In this document: in pieces, positions 31,301-40,609 of the stretch
Position numbering within the stretch: position 1 is the stretch's first letter
How the letters are laid out: the number at the start of each line of letters is the position of its first letter
The notes under the pieces: generated by a model
Told to the model about the DNA's origin: nothing
What the model saw: the letters and a program-made list of their open reading frames with translations, nothing else
Databases searched by the model: none
Source of the DNA: a virus
Lineage: Duplodnaviria; Caudoviricetes
Length of the DNA stretch: 64,000 nt
Strand: one strand, 5' to 3'
Virus record (IMG/VR): IMGVR_UViG_3300037424_001682
Span: 14,115-78,114 of that record
Translations under genes and position numbers: made by a program

Positions 31301-32901
31301 ACTTATCTGTAGATGATATCCAAATAATTAAAGATTTACCTCAACGACAATATTTATCTTCTAGAGATCAAGCAGAATTAAGAGATTATTATCTTAACTT
31401 CTTTGCCAATGAAGGTGAAAGCATATATTTGGATATTGTATCGATATTAGAAGAAGGTGTGGCAAATAATTGGTTAAAAGATGATTATTTAAATGCGTTA
31501 CAAAACGCAACAATAGAATCAAATTCACCAATAAAAAAATTGTATGAAGGAAAAGGGTTTGTTAATTATTCAGAATTAACTTTAAATCAACAAGAATCTA
31601 CTGTAGATAATTTAGGTGTTAATCCAAACATTTTTGTACCATTATCACAAACAAATATTAATCCTGAACTTAAAACGGTTAATGATGTATATTTTAATGC
31701 TTTTATAAGAAAATTAGTTAGAGAATTAAGGGCCAGAAAAACATTTGTTAATAATCAAAATTTAGAAATATCATCATCACTAGAAGATACTGATATTAAG
31801 AATCAATGTTACTATTCATTTAAATCAATATCAGACAAATGGTTATCAGGATTTGGTAATGCATCCAATGGATTTCCTTTTAATCCAGTAGGAAAAAGTT
31901 TAATTGATCAATTCATTTTTGTTGACCGAGCATTTAATGATATTGGTGATAAAGTTGTAATTAATTTAAGACCATTGCTTGAATATGAAAACGATTATGA
32001 TAGTAGCGTTTTTAGTGTAATGTCAAGAATATTAGCATTAAATGGGTTTGAATTTTTCCCATTACAAAATTTTATGAGTTTTAATTCACAAGATTGGGAA
32101 GATTCATTTAGAATTTGGGAAACCTTAGATCAAGAAACCGCACCTGCGTTTGTATGTATGTATGTTGGTGGCGTTTCTTCTAAATTAAAAGCATTTACTG
32201 GCGATGATGTTTTTGATGATGACGGTATTGGAGATATTAGTAATCAACAAGAAATTCCTGATTTTTGGAGTAACGAATTGAATGATTGTAATAGAAATGA
32301 TACTCCATCTACAGATAATAATGTTCAATCAAAGCAAGATCAAACAAAAAATACACCCGAAACCGCACAAGATTTACAATTTAATCAGGTTAAAGCCTTT
32401 AGAGTTAGATTTGGTGAACAAGATCAAGCAGTATTTAAAAACATTCATTTAGATACTAGAGAATTTAAAGATACAAATGAAAGTTTGGCAATTCTTTCCG
32501 AAATTGCACAAGACGAATCATATGCAACACCAGTACCAAAAGGACAAAATTTATTTAACACCTTTGAACAAAGATCGTATTCATGTACAGTAGATATGTT
32601 AGGTGATATGATGATACAACCAACACAATATTTTCAATTAGAAAATATACCACTATTTTCTGGTGCGTATTTAATTTTAAACGTTGAACATGAATTTACC
32701 GCAAATCATGCATCAACATCATTTACTGGAATTCGAATTTTAAAATATCCTGTACCATATGTTACTGATTTTGCATCTACTGCTGGTTTAAAATCAAATG
32801 ATGATACCCAAGAAGGCGGTGCACCATCAACAAAAGAAGAAATTAGTCAAAATGCTGTAGCATATGTTGGCATGAATCAATTAAGTATAAACGCAAGATA
32901 A
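28339..32901 (+). CDS. Large baseplate hub-like structural protein
   Basis: N-terminal GITRISVKINSSFVPVVTIDFLDIRG and C-terminal CTVDMLGDMMIQPTQYF...GAYLILNVEH typical of hub proteins. Confidence 0.6.
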   Translation: MGVQLIDPIEAIKQFPFANGVPEYERMFIFAELTAQRRGRSIILSSGNGTFSLERTINSDLTVNMLGPDKPTNTFTTNWSEATSATEDNFEGFGITRISVKINSSFVPVVTIDFLDIRGLAFFNSGSNSPYAVLHDFPPPMFDLTLKGYYGKSLTYQLHLIRQNTTFEGTSGNYKTTAEFVARTFAPLTDILFQYPRMFPLMETDTINIPAPQANSAPVGNLITSNRAIQPKGIFNLLDNIKNTYQQIDRLLQDSDEKEKIETKQKQRNDIRINLNEINRFATQLDNKSYNSNNTSLLIQKFGPDHNFVEDTVGQSLTLLSNIQDYQKSLKSTETTGVDYNNRLFLGIKLNDEEVTPTNLVPNISSNLYNNIQTRNALNTLDNYRKKLIGQYPKEANNELFGITSTGSESDINKVIPQAQIKFIYVSLTNSSTQNTNYKKTNYVTLDITLFYQKLFKYFTVQLEKEIDELQRDLGDRVNDITESNLEMKPTIKNIFKIICDDVDIFFNKLRNAAVKGQEHHNDPTNKVIITGNDDLPEEKNKVTEVDAFPLYIEQSVINDINGNCKTITRKQRAYPAKDGGISNQTTTPFPEVELVERFINTYIQIRNLELIDKLRNKQSASGDLVFIPSSPYDSLLGNPDAYQSPYVASSVAGGIGTGELTQEQIFNVLLNRFYVFSQYTYAESFYKEDNKNIKESLAKFGGESEASNIALSIVNTEVIDNMITLLNNYSTSDALFGYLSGNTNIDNYSKQQTSILYGKSSSNFDPIYKSKSNAAPYFGLNILDSNTIGLERSGGEDNIIEKYITNIQNAPTGWFDKTINYIKNFFNINENLVFSIENIQLIKDAPNSENGQTKYGLEYKQFDPTHKTINYLDKLSTVFGGRFSDDFHNDAVLLKFLKDHPNSESSYFLLCSLFTFSKTIFTTDINQAIDVPALFNVPASFLVYSGALLDYETNFQPDLQPLFDAFKEEYVRPVFSAQGTQNINLTNLSVDDIQIIKDLPQRQYLSSRDQAELRDYYLNFFANEGESIYLDIVSILEEGVANNWLKDDYLNALQNATIESNSPIKKLYEGKGFVNYSELTLNQQESTVDNLGVNPNIFVPLSQTNINPELKTVNDVYFNAFIRKLVRELRARKTFVNNQNLEISSSLEDTDIKNQCYYSFKSISDKWLSGFGNASNGFPFNPVGKSLIDQFIFVDRAFNDIGDKVVINLRPLLEYENDYDSSVFSVMSRILALNGFEFFPLQNFMSFNSQDWEDSFRIWETLDQETAPAFVCMYVGGVSSKLKAFTGDDVFDDDGIGDISNQQEIPDFWSNELNDCNRNDTPSTDNNVQSKQDQTKNTPETAQDLQFNQVKAFRVRFGEQDQAVFKNIHLDTREFKDTNESLAILSEIAQDESYATPVPKGQNLFNTFEQRSYSCTVDMLGDMMIQPTQYFQLENIPLFSGAYLILNVEHEFTANHASTSFTGIRILKYPVPYVTDFASTAGLKSNDDTQEGGAPSTKEEISQNAVAYVGMNQLSINAR

Positions 32902-32902
32902 T

Positions 32903-33907
32903 ATGGCTGTTAAATCAAATAAACATGAAACTATAACTGTTGGTGGTAGAAATTTTATAGCAAAAGCATTATCCGTTGCAGCATATAATGGCTTCGAAGG
33001 TGCTATGGGTTGGGACCAAAAAGATGGCGGTATTAAAAAAAATGAAATTGTTAGTGCAAACATTAAAGATCATTTAGGAAACACTATAACAACTAATGAT
33101 CAATATTTTAATGCAATAGTTTATTGGTATGAATTGTATGGTCAAAAATACAACATAAACCCAAATATTTTAGCGGCCCAAGGATATGTTGAAAGTACAT
33201 TTAGATCATATGCATATGCACAAACATCTACAGCAATGGGTATTGGTCAATTTACTATAGATACGATTCATGATGTGATATTTGGTAATTTAATGGCTGA
33301 ATTTACTAATAGCGAAATTAATACTCTTACTAATGGAATTGTGTCATATAACACTAATGTTCCCGTAACAAATTTGAAGAATTATTATATTGTAAAAGAT
33401 GCACCACCAACACAATCAAATTCAACAAAAACACAAGCAGAACTTAGCCTTAATAATAAATTGATATTATATCACAATGTTGTAAATAATCCACAAATTA
33501 TGATTAAAGCACAAGCTGTTTTATTAGCAGCAATATCTAAAAACCATAATAATTTAGCTGCATCAACATTAATGATGTATCATAACGGACCGTTTTTAAA
33601 ATATCCTAGCGGTGATTCAAATCTTAAATCAACTAATTTTGGTGAATTGTTTGATAAAGTTTTGAAATTAAGAAATAAATATGGTAAAGACGTATATAAT
33701 GCCGATGTTATTAATCGAGGATTAGATTATGTTAGAAGAATATTAGACATGTTAGCAAAAGATGGTGGAACCCGCCTTGGAGGATCAATAGAAAATTTTG
33801 GATTTGTTATTGATAGAACCGAAATCAAAGGAAGTGCTCTTGTGGATGCAAGTCTAAGTCACAATCTTAGAACTCAACCAAGTGAAATAGCAGGTACTCA
33901 AGATTAA
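32903..33907 (+). CDS. Lytic transglycosylase (SLT-like), probably virion-associated
   Basis: LAAQGYVES.F...AMGIGQF and YHNG motifs. Confidence 0.75.
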   Translation: MAVKSNKHETITVGGRNFIAKALSVAAYNGFEGAMGWDQKDGGIKKNEIVSANIKDHLGNTITTNDQYFNAIVYWYELYGQKYNINPNILAAQGYVESTFRSYAYAQTSTAMGIGQFTIDTIHDVIFGNLMAEFTNSEINTLTNGIVSYNTNVPVTNLKNYYIVKDAPPTQSNSTKTQAELSLNNKLILYHNVVNNPQIMIKAQAVLLAAISKNHNNLAASTLMMYHNGPFLKYPSGDSNLKSTNFGELFDKVLKLRNKYGKDVYNADVINRGLDYVRRILDMLAKDGGTRLGGSIENFGFVIDRTEIKGSALVDASLSHNLRTQPSEIAGTQD

Positions 33908-34629
33908 GATAACAAATGTTGTTTGTAATTTACTAACTTAATAATACTTGTATTTATTGATTCGCTATCTGATAGTAATTTATTGATTGAATCAATTGCT
34001 TCATTTATCTTATCCTCAATACCATTGTTGTTACCTTCATTAGTTAATTCAATAGTTTCTTTTTTTAGTGTTTCAAAAATACTTTGTTTACTTTCTAATG
34101 TTGAAGTGGTTAAAATACTAAATAATCTTCTTTGTTCTTCATCTAACACCTTGTATTTATCATTAAATTTGTTAACAGCAAATTCCAAAATAACTTCTCT
34201 ATCTATATTATCGGGTAATTTAATAACATCTTCATTTAATACTTCTGGTTTATTGTTTTGAATGTGTTCTAACACTACAACGTAGGCATCATGTTGTTTA
34301 TCTACATCTTCGCTATGTAATAGAGTATGGATTGATTCATATAGTGCTTGTTTTTTTTCATCAATAGAAATTTGTTCGTTAAATTCTTGAATTTTTTCCA
34401 ATTCACTTTCAGATAAAATTCCTCTTTTTGATACATTTCTATCAATGTGCTTCATTGCAAGCATTGGGTTTGGAATGTATGCTTTTTCTAATGATTTATA
34501 TATTTTAAATTCATTTTGTAGTTTAGTTGAATTTTTTATTGCTTCAATAAATTTAGAAATTGATTTAGCAGAGGATGAATTAAAATATTTATTGCTTTGA
34601 ATTGCCTTTATTTTACCAAAATTTTCCAT
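33904..34629 (-). CDS. Hypothetical head-module protein
   Basis: 241 aa downstream of portal; own late motif at 34719. Confidence 0.6.
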   Translation of the reverse strand: MENFGKIKAIQSNKYFNSSSAKSISKFIEAIKNSTKLQNEFKIYKSLEKAYIPNPMLAMKHIDRNVSKRGILSESELEKIQEFNEQISIDEKKQALYESIHTLLHSEDVDKQHDAYVVVLEHIQNNKPEVLNEDVIKLPDNIDREVILEFAVNKFNDKYKVLDEEQRRLFSILTTSTLESKQSIFETLKKETIELTNEGNNNGIEDKINEAIDSINKLLSDSESINTSIIKLVNYKQHLLS

Positions 34630-34797
34630 ATTTTCCGTTACTTAATATATAATGAGCCACCCATCTACACTTTCTGATAAATGAGCTTCGATTTTTATAG
34701 TGATTTGCTCTTTACCTTTATAAATACTATATAATATGATAAAAAGTTAGGTAATTATTGTTGAAATGGAATTATTGAAAATATATGTGGATAGTCT

Positions 34798-37700
34798 TTA
34801 AACGCTATCCACATCAATATCGTTAATATTAAATTCTTCTGTTATATTCTCTTCATTTTTTTCACTATAGGTTCTAAGATGTTCTATAGATTTTGAATTA
34901 AGAGTGTCTTTTCCTTCTCCCAATAAATTATCAATTTCACCAACTAAATTTGATGCTTTTTTTATGTATTCTTGATTTCTTTCATTTAATTCTTCATTTA
35001 TTACTATGTTTTTGGTTGTTTCTTTTATTTCAGTGGCAGATTTACCATTTTTCACCAATCGATCTAATAAATCAACATATTGTCTTTCGCTTAGATATTT
35101 TTTACCATTAGAATCTCTAATTACACTATCAACTAAACGTTTTTGCCCCTCTTTATCATAAATATATTTACTTTCAACCGGTGGTAATTGTGCTGGACTT
35201 CCAAAATCTCCACCACCCATTCCTGATAAATCTTCTGGCCCACCTTCCGTACCTAACCCACCACCATCTTGTCCACCGCCTGCTTGTGGCAATTCTTCTG
35301 GTGGGACATCACCGATACCGTATTTTTTATCAATATCAGAGAACAAACCTGTTTTTCTAATAATAAGTGGTGAATCTTGTAATTCTTGTGCAACAGCACG
35401 TTCCATTCTTTGATTAAGATAATCATCAACAATATCTTTATCACTCCAACCAAAAAAGAATTTCTTAGCATTAGTATGAGACATCGCTGCAATGCCAGAT
35501 TCTGAACGAGTAAGTTCAGTATATACCTGTGCTTTTTGTTGCCACAATTCTGTTTTAAGTAAATCTTGTTGTGTACTAGGATTAGTTAATGAAAGTTGGA
35601 AATCATAAATTTCTTCTTTTTTAAATCCTAACAACATTAAATGAATTATGGCAATTTTATTTAATTCTTGAATTGTTGCTTGTTGAATTCTATTTATTTT
35701 TTTAGCAAAACGAACATCCATTTGAGCCATATTTTTACCATCACCAGCAGCTTGTTGATAACCTAAAAATGGTTTTGGTACACCAAGACCAGTAAATAAA
35801 TTATCTCTTAAATACTCGATATCGTGGATTTGATCTAAATTGGAATTTAAAGTAAAGATTCCTGAACTTAATGCAAATGTGTGATAATCAGTGAGTTGTT
35901 CTTTTCCATCAATTGTAATTGTACCCGTATCTTGTTTATCTTCTAACCATTCAATTGCTACAATTTTATGGTTATAACAAGGAATTTTGGATTTAAAATC
36001 TCTCCAATTTAAATAACCAAAATATTTTAACATTTTATCAATGTTATTTCTGGTTATGGCAGACATTTTATTTAATTGTTTATTATTTTGATTTAAAACA
36101 TTAAATTCTTCAATCCATTCAGAATTTTTTATATTAATTTTATTTTCAAGAATTAAATCAATTCTATTATATTCATTAACATAATCTATTAATAAATCAA
36201 GTAATTTATGAGAATATTTAATTGATTGTTTTTCTTTTATAATTTCACGTAAATTACTATTCTCCCATCGTAATTTGATGTGTTTAGCTTGTTTAATTCT
36301 ATTTTCTTTTAATGATTTAGTTTTACTTATTGATTTTCCTCTTTCTTTAATAATTGAATCTCTGTTTGGGTTATTACTGAATGTTTCAACTGCTTTATCT
36401 CTTGACATTAAAGAATTATTAATAGCAATATTTTTCTTAATAATAAGTTCTTCTTCACTTATATTATTCCAATATTTATTAATTCCTTTTTTTCCAACAT
36501 ATTTATGTGTGAATTCTTCGTGTAGATTTTTTTCTTTCATATAATTAGCAACCATGCGATGTGTAAAAACCCAATCCTGTTTTGAATGATCATAAATCAT
36601 TTCATATGGTTTTGCATATTTCTTATTGGATATTTTTTCTTCTTTTTTATTAAATGCCCACATAGATTCACCAATATTTAAATCTTTTGCTTCTTTTTTA
36701 CCATTATATTTTGTTGGAAATTTATGATCAGGAGTACAAGTAATTGTTTCACCATTATCTAATGTTAATTTTAAAACTTGTGCATTTTTTCTTGTAACAC
36801 CTGCCCAAGTAATTTTTCCTGGAACAATTAAACCACTTTTAGGATCAATTGAATATGACCATAATGATTTACCATCATTATATTCATTAATAATATCTTT
36901 TAATTCAAGACTTCTACCGTCAAGTAATTCAATTTTAGTATCTAATGCAAAACATGCTCCTTGTAAAGTTTCAATACCCGTTTGAACGTTTGCATTTCTT
37001 ACTGGTAAGAAAAAGTCTTCATCATTACCTAAAATATTAAATGTGTAATCTATTTGTCCAGAATCGGGATATATTTGTTGTTGTTTTTTAAATCTTGTTG
37101 CAATTTTATGAATATATGATTCAACATCATCTTCATCAATATTACCAACATCAATTTTAAATACACGTTTTTCGCCAGCACGTAATATACGATAAGTTAA
37201 CATTGCATCTTCAGCCATTACACAGTTATGTACAACAACACCTTCTGCAATAAAATTATGTTCATCATTATCAATTTCGATATCCCACACTTCACCCATA
37301 CCTATTGATTCTATAGAAGTAATTTTTTGAAAATCAACATTTGGAGTTTCATTTTCATATTTAATATATAAAGTATATGTTTCTTTTCTATCAATTACTT
37401 TATTAAAAGAATCTGACCATTCGCATCCTTTTCTTTTATGTGTAATTACATTACCCACTTTCAAATTACATGATTGGGATAAAACTCTTAATCTTTCAAT
37501 TAATCCTTTATTTGATGACGAATAATTACCATTAGAATCACAACCATCAGCATCAAAAATACCTCTAATAAACACTAATTTCCATTTTTTTGGCAATGAA
37601 AAAACCCAATCAGGAATTATTTTATTACTAAACCCTGTTTTAAAATCAAAAGATTTGATTATTTTTAAAAATTCAATTGAATGTGTTACATTATTCTCAT

Positions 37701-40539
37701 CTATTGATGGCAATACTAATTTATCAATTTTTTTATCAATTTCATTAATGTTTTTATATGAATATTCATTATTTTCATTAATTATTAAGATTGGGTGATC
37801 ATTTGTAACAATGATATTTCTATGTCTTGTTTTTATTTCAAACCTTTCTTTTATGCCATTGTTTGATATATTCGAAACTTTAGAAGTAAAATACTTCCCA
37901 TCCTTCAAGGAATAAGAAAAAACATTGTCATTAATATTTAAATCTTTGATTTTTGTATATCCGTCCGGTGTCCAAATTTTTGAATTTGAATCTAAACATT
38001 GGCGAAATACCCTTCTGATTTTATTTAATATAGAGTTATGAACAATAATATTATTAGCAAAAAAATTATGATTTTCATTATCAACATGTATATCAAAAAC
38101 AAACCCCTTTCCATCGGGTTTAATTGATATTATTTTTTCAACAATAAAATCGTCTGATTTTCTATTATTTATGTCAGCAATAATTGTTTGAATATTTTCA
38201 CTTTCATAGAAATATATTACATATGAATCTGCAATGGTAATTACTTTATTTCCATTAATAATAACGTCTTTTTTTCTTGGTTTTCTTTTATTAATATTAC
38301 CTGTTTTATATCCAAGTGATTGGGCAAGTAGTTTAATGTCATTTACTAATTCATAATTTGCCAATTCAATTTGGAATCTCTTACAATTCCATTTATCAAT
38401 ATTTACACTCCCATCTGCATCCATTAACCCATCTAAAAATGCTTTTCTAATTTCTTTAGATGTAGAATAAACCCACTTAGGAATTCTTTTGGTTCGTGAA
38501 TTACCATCAAAGCCCATGTTTGATAATACTGTTGCCAATGATTTTGAATTAACAATAGCAGATGCAATACCATTGGCATATTGATTATTTTTTCTTAAAT
38601 AAATGTTTTTATTTGAATATTTTTCTAATAGAGATATGTATTTTTTATTAACGGTTTCCTCAATCCCATACGCAAAATAAACCATATACGGTCTCTTAAA
38701 ATTGATTCCACCATCACCAAGCAAAAAGCCGAACATTTTAGCAAAATCTTTATCAACATAATCAGGAATGTGTTTTAAATCATTAGTAAAGTCATCGTAT
38801 ATTCTACCACAATATTCTTTAATTTCTACAGTTTTATTAATTTTAATGTTTTCATTATAATCATCAGATTTATTAATCACTAAACCATCTCCAATCATTA
38901 ATTCAGAAACAAATTTATATTTAAAACTATTAATTGAATAATCATAAACTAATACTTTATGATTCTCGGTCGCTTTAATATAATTGTGTGGTGTCGATAT
39001 TTTTAATATGTCTTTTTCACCGTTACATACAACATCTAACACATTACTTGTGATTAATTTTTGTGTGTTAATATCAAAACCATATACAACATCACCCTTA
39101 ACAATGTCCTTAATTTCCTTAATTCCAGTACTTGTTTTTATGTAACTGTCTGATAATAAGCAACTTCCGTAGGGCAGGTACTTGTCGTCACCTAATATTC
39201 TAAAATGTGCTATTTCAAAAATATTAAACTCATCATTAGTTTCTCGTTGTTTAAATTTAACGATTGGTTTACCAAATTCGACACGTTCAATACGTTCCAT
39301 TTCATAGTTAACCAATTGTTTTACAAAGCTGATACCTCTATTTTTTTGACCTACTAAATAAACAAAATTATCACCATATTTACAGTTTGAGACAAAAATA
39401 CCATTTCTGGTGTAATTTCCGTTAGAATCTTTTGAACAAATTGGAAAATTGTGTCTATCGTGCTCTCCATTTTTACCAACAACTTCCATACAATAAACAT
39501 CAGATTTTTCATTTAAAAACTCAACAGAAAGAACTTTATGATTAATAACGTTTTGGCTTTGTCTTTTAGTTGATTCTTCAAAATATTTTGGATAATTATT
39601 TCTTTTATTAAAATCAATATGATGTGTATCGAAAATACCACCAAATGATTTTTCTTCTAATAAATTTCTATGTAATTCATGTGCAACAACGTTATGTGTA
39701 TATTTATATTGATTTGAAGACGGATTATATACTTTTTCATAACCATTAATATTATCTTTAGGTGTTACACTTTCTCTAGTATAGAAAGGCATTAAACTAT
39801 CGTTTTTCTTTAAATTTTGTGCTTGAACATATGTACCATTTCGTAACATAAATTCGTGGTCTGGGGTTGTTTCAACGTAACTACCATCATCAAGAGTTAC
39901 TTTTACAATAGTACTATTTTTTCTTGTTAAATCACACCAAATAATTTTACCTACAACAATATTATTTGTCTTATCTTGTACAGAATAAGTCCAAATTTCA
40001 TCATTTGGATTATTTTTTAACCTTTCAGAAATTTCCTTTATTGTTATTTCTGTACCATCTAATAAAGGTATTATTGAATCTTCTTTTATTGGTAATTGTC
40101 TAATCCAAAATGGTAAGTTTGTATTTACATTGATAATATCATAGAATAATTCATCTAATCTGTTTTTTATCCGATCATTATTTGAATAAATATTAAGCAT
40201 TTTACCATTTTCGCCAATAGTTGTAGATTCTTCCATGAATAAATCTAAAGCACTGGCAATTAATGGGTAATATTCCATGCCTTCATAATCTAAATATGCT
40301 GGAAGTCTTGCAGCTTCATATTGCATTGCTTTTTGGAAACCATGATCAGTAACTTTAAAAAATTTATCTTCTAACGATTTTTTTTGTTGTAATTCTAACG
40401 CTTTTCTTTTTAAATCATCAGGGTTATCGCCTCTAATTATGATTTTTTTCTTATCTCTATTTTTAGGGTCTTCAAATCCAAATCCATCAAAATTTAAGGT
40501 GCTACCTAGTTTTTGAAATATTGTCTTATTCTCTGCCAT
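34798..40539 (-). CDS. gp20: Portal protein (T4 gp20-like) with four inteins (about 673 aa after splicing)
   Basis: YPLIASALD; WIRQL|CKYGDNF; YLPYGS|SIL; AEDAMLTYRILRAGEKRVFKIDVGN; EDFFLPVR; IEYLRDNLFTGLGVPK; RFAKKINRIQ. Confidence 0.93.
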   Translation of the reverse strand: MAENKTIFQKLGSTLNFDGFGFEDPKNRDKKKIIIRGDNPDDLKRKALELQQKKSLEDKFFKVTDHGFQKAMQYEAARLPAYLDYEGMEYYPLIASALDLFMEESTTIGENGKMLNIYSNNDRIKNRLDELFYDIINVNTNLPFWIRQLPIKEDSIIPLLDGTEITIKEISERLKNNPNDEIWTYSVQDKTNNIVVGKIIWCDLTRKNSTIVKVTLDDGSYVETTPDHEFMLRNGTYVQAQNLKKNDSLMPFYTRESVTPKDNINGYEKVYNPSSNQYKYTHNVVAHELHRNLLEEKSFGGIFDTHHIDFNKRNNYPKYFEESTKRQSQNVINHKVLSVEFLNEKSDVYCMEVVGKNGEHDRHNFPICSKDSNGNYTRNGIFVSNCKYGDNFVYLVGQKNRGISFVKQLVNYEMERIERVEFGKPIVKFKQRETNDEFNIFEIAHFRILGDDKYLPYGSCLLSDSYIKTSTGIKEIKDIVKGDVVYGFDINTQKLITSNVLDVVCNGEKDILKISTPHNYIKATENHKVLVYDYSINSFKYKFVSELMIGDGLVINKSDDYNENIKINKTVEIKEYCGRIYDDFTNDLKHIPDYVDKDFAKMFGFLLGDGGINFKRPYMVYFAYGIEETVNKKYISLLEKYSNKNIYLRKNNQYANGIASAIVNSKSLATVLSNMGFDGNSRTKRIPKWVYSTSKEIRKAFLDGLMDADGSVNIDKWNCKRFQIELANYELVNDIKLLAQSLGYKTGNINKRKPRKKDVIINGNKVITIADSYVIYFYESENIQTIIADINNRKSDDFIVEKIISIKPDGKGFVFDIHVDNENHNFFANNIIVHNSILNKIRRVFRQCLDSNSKIWTPDGYTKIKDLNINDNVFSYSLKDGKYFTSKVSNISNNGIKERFEIKTRHRNIIVTNDHPILIINENNEYSYKNINEIDKKIDKLVLPSIDENNVTHSIEFLKIIKSFDFKTGFSNKIIPDWVFSLPKKWKLVFIRGIFDADGCDSNGNYSSSNKGLIERLRVLSQSCNLKVGNVITHKRKGCEWSDSFNKVIDRKETYTLYIKYENETPNVDFQKITSIESIGMGEVWDIEIDNDEHNFIAEGVVVHNCVMAEDAMLTYRILRAGEKRVFKIDVGNIDEDDVESYIHKIATRFKKQQQIYPDSGQIDYTFNILGNDEDFFLPVRNANVQTGIETLQGACFALDTKIELLDGRSLELKDIINEYNDGKSLWSYSIDPKSGLIVPGKITWAGVTRKNAQVLKLTLDNGETITCTPDHKFPTKYNGKKEAKDLNIGESMWAFNKKEEKISNKKYAKPYEMIYDHSKQDWVFTHRMVANYMKEKNLHEEFTHKYVGKKGINKYWNNISEEELIIKKNIAINNSLMSRDKAVETFSNNPNRDSIIKERGKSISKTKSLKENRIKQAKHIKLRWENSNLREIIKEKQSIKYSHKLLDLLIDYVNEYNRIDLILENKINIKNSEWIEEFNVLNQNNKQLNKMSAITRNNIDKMLKYFGYLNWRDFKSKIPCYNHKIVAIEWLEDKQDTGTITIDGKEQLTDYHTFALSSGIFTLNSNLDQIHDIEYLRDNLFTGLGVPKPFLGYQQAAGDGKNMAQMDVRFAKKINRIQQATIQELNKIAIIHLMLLGFKKEEIYDFQLSLTNPSTQQDLLKTELWQQKAQVYTELTRSESGIAAMSHTNAKKFFFGWSDKDIVDDYLNQRMERAVAQELQDSPLIIRKTGLFSDIDKKYGIGDVPPEELPQAGGGQDGGGLGTEGGPEDLSGMGGGDFGSPAQLPPVESKYIYDKEGQKRLVDSVIRDSNGKKYLSERQYVDLLDRLVKNGKSATEIKETTKNIVINEELNERNQEYIKKASNLVGEIDNLLGEGKDTLNSKSIEHLRTYSEKNEENITEEFNINDIDVDSV
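35845..36954 (-). mobile_element. Portal intein 4 (370 aa)
   Basis: CFALDTKIELLDG ... TCTPDH ... GIFTLN|S; central THRMVA-type HNH remnant. Confidence 0.85.
37225..37998 (-). mobile_element. Portal intein 3 (258 aa, partial LAGLIDADG)
   Basis: CLDSNS ... VVHN|C; only one motif (FIRGIFDADG) remains. Confidence 0.88.
38035..39162 (-). mobile_element. Portal intein 2 (376 aa, LAGLIDADG)
   Basis: CLLSDS ... IVHN|S; FGFLLGDG and FLDGLMDADG. Confidence 0.9.
39385..40092 (-). mobile_element. Portal intein 1 (236 aa), Pro1, block-F Cys, HNH remnant
   Basis: PIKEDSIIPLLDG ... TTPDH ... THHIDFNKRNN ... VYCMEV ... IFVSN|C. Confidence 0.8.
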
Positions 40540-40609
40540 TATTATAATTTTTTATAGTTTTTTATAAATACTACTTTTTTTACTAAAAGCCTTTATTTTA
40601 AATACTTTT

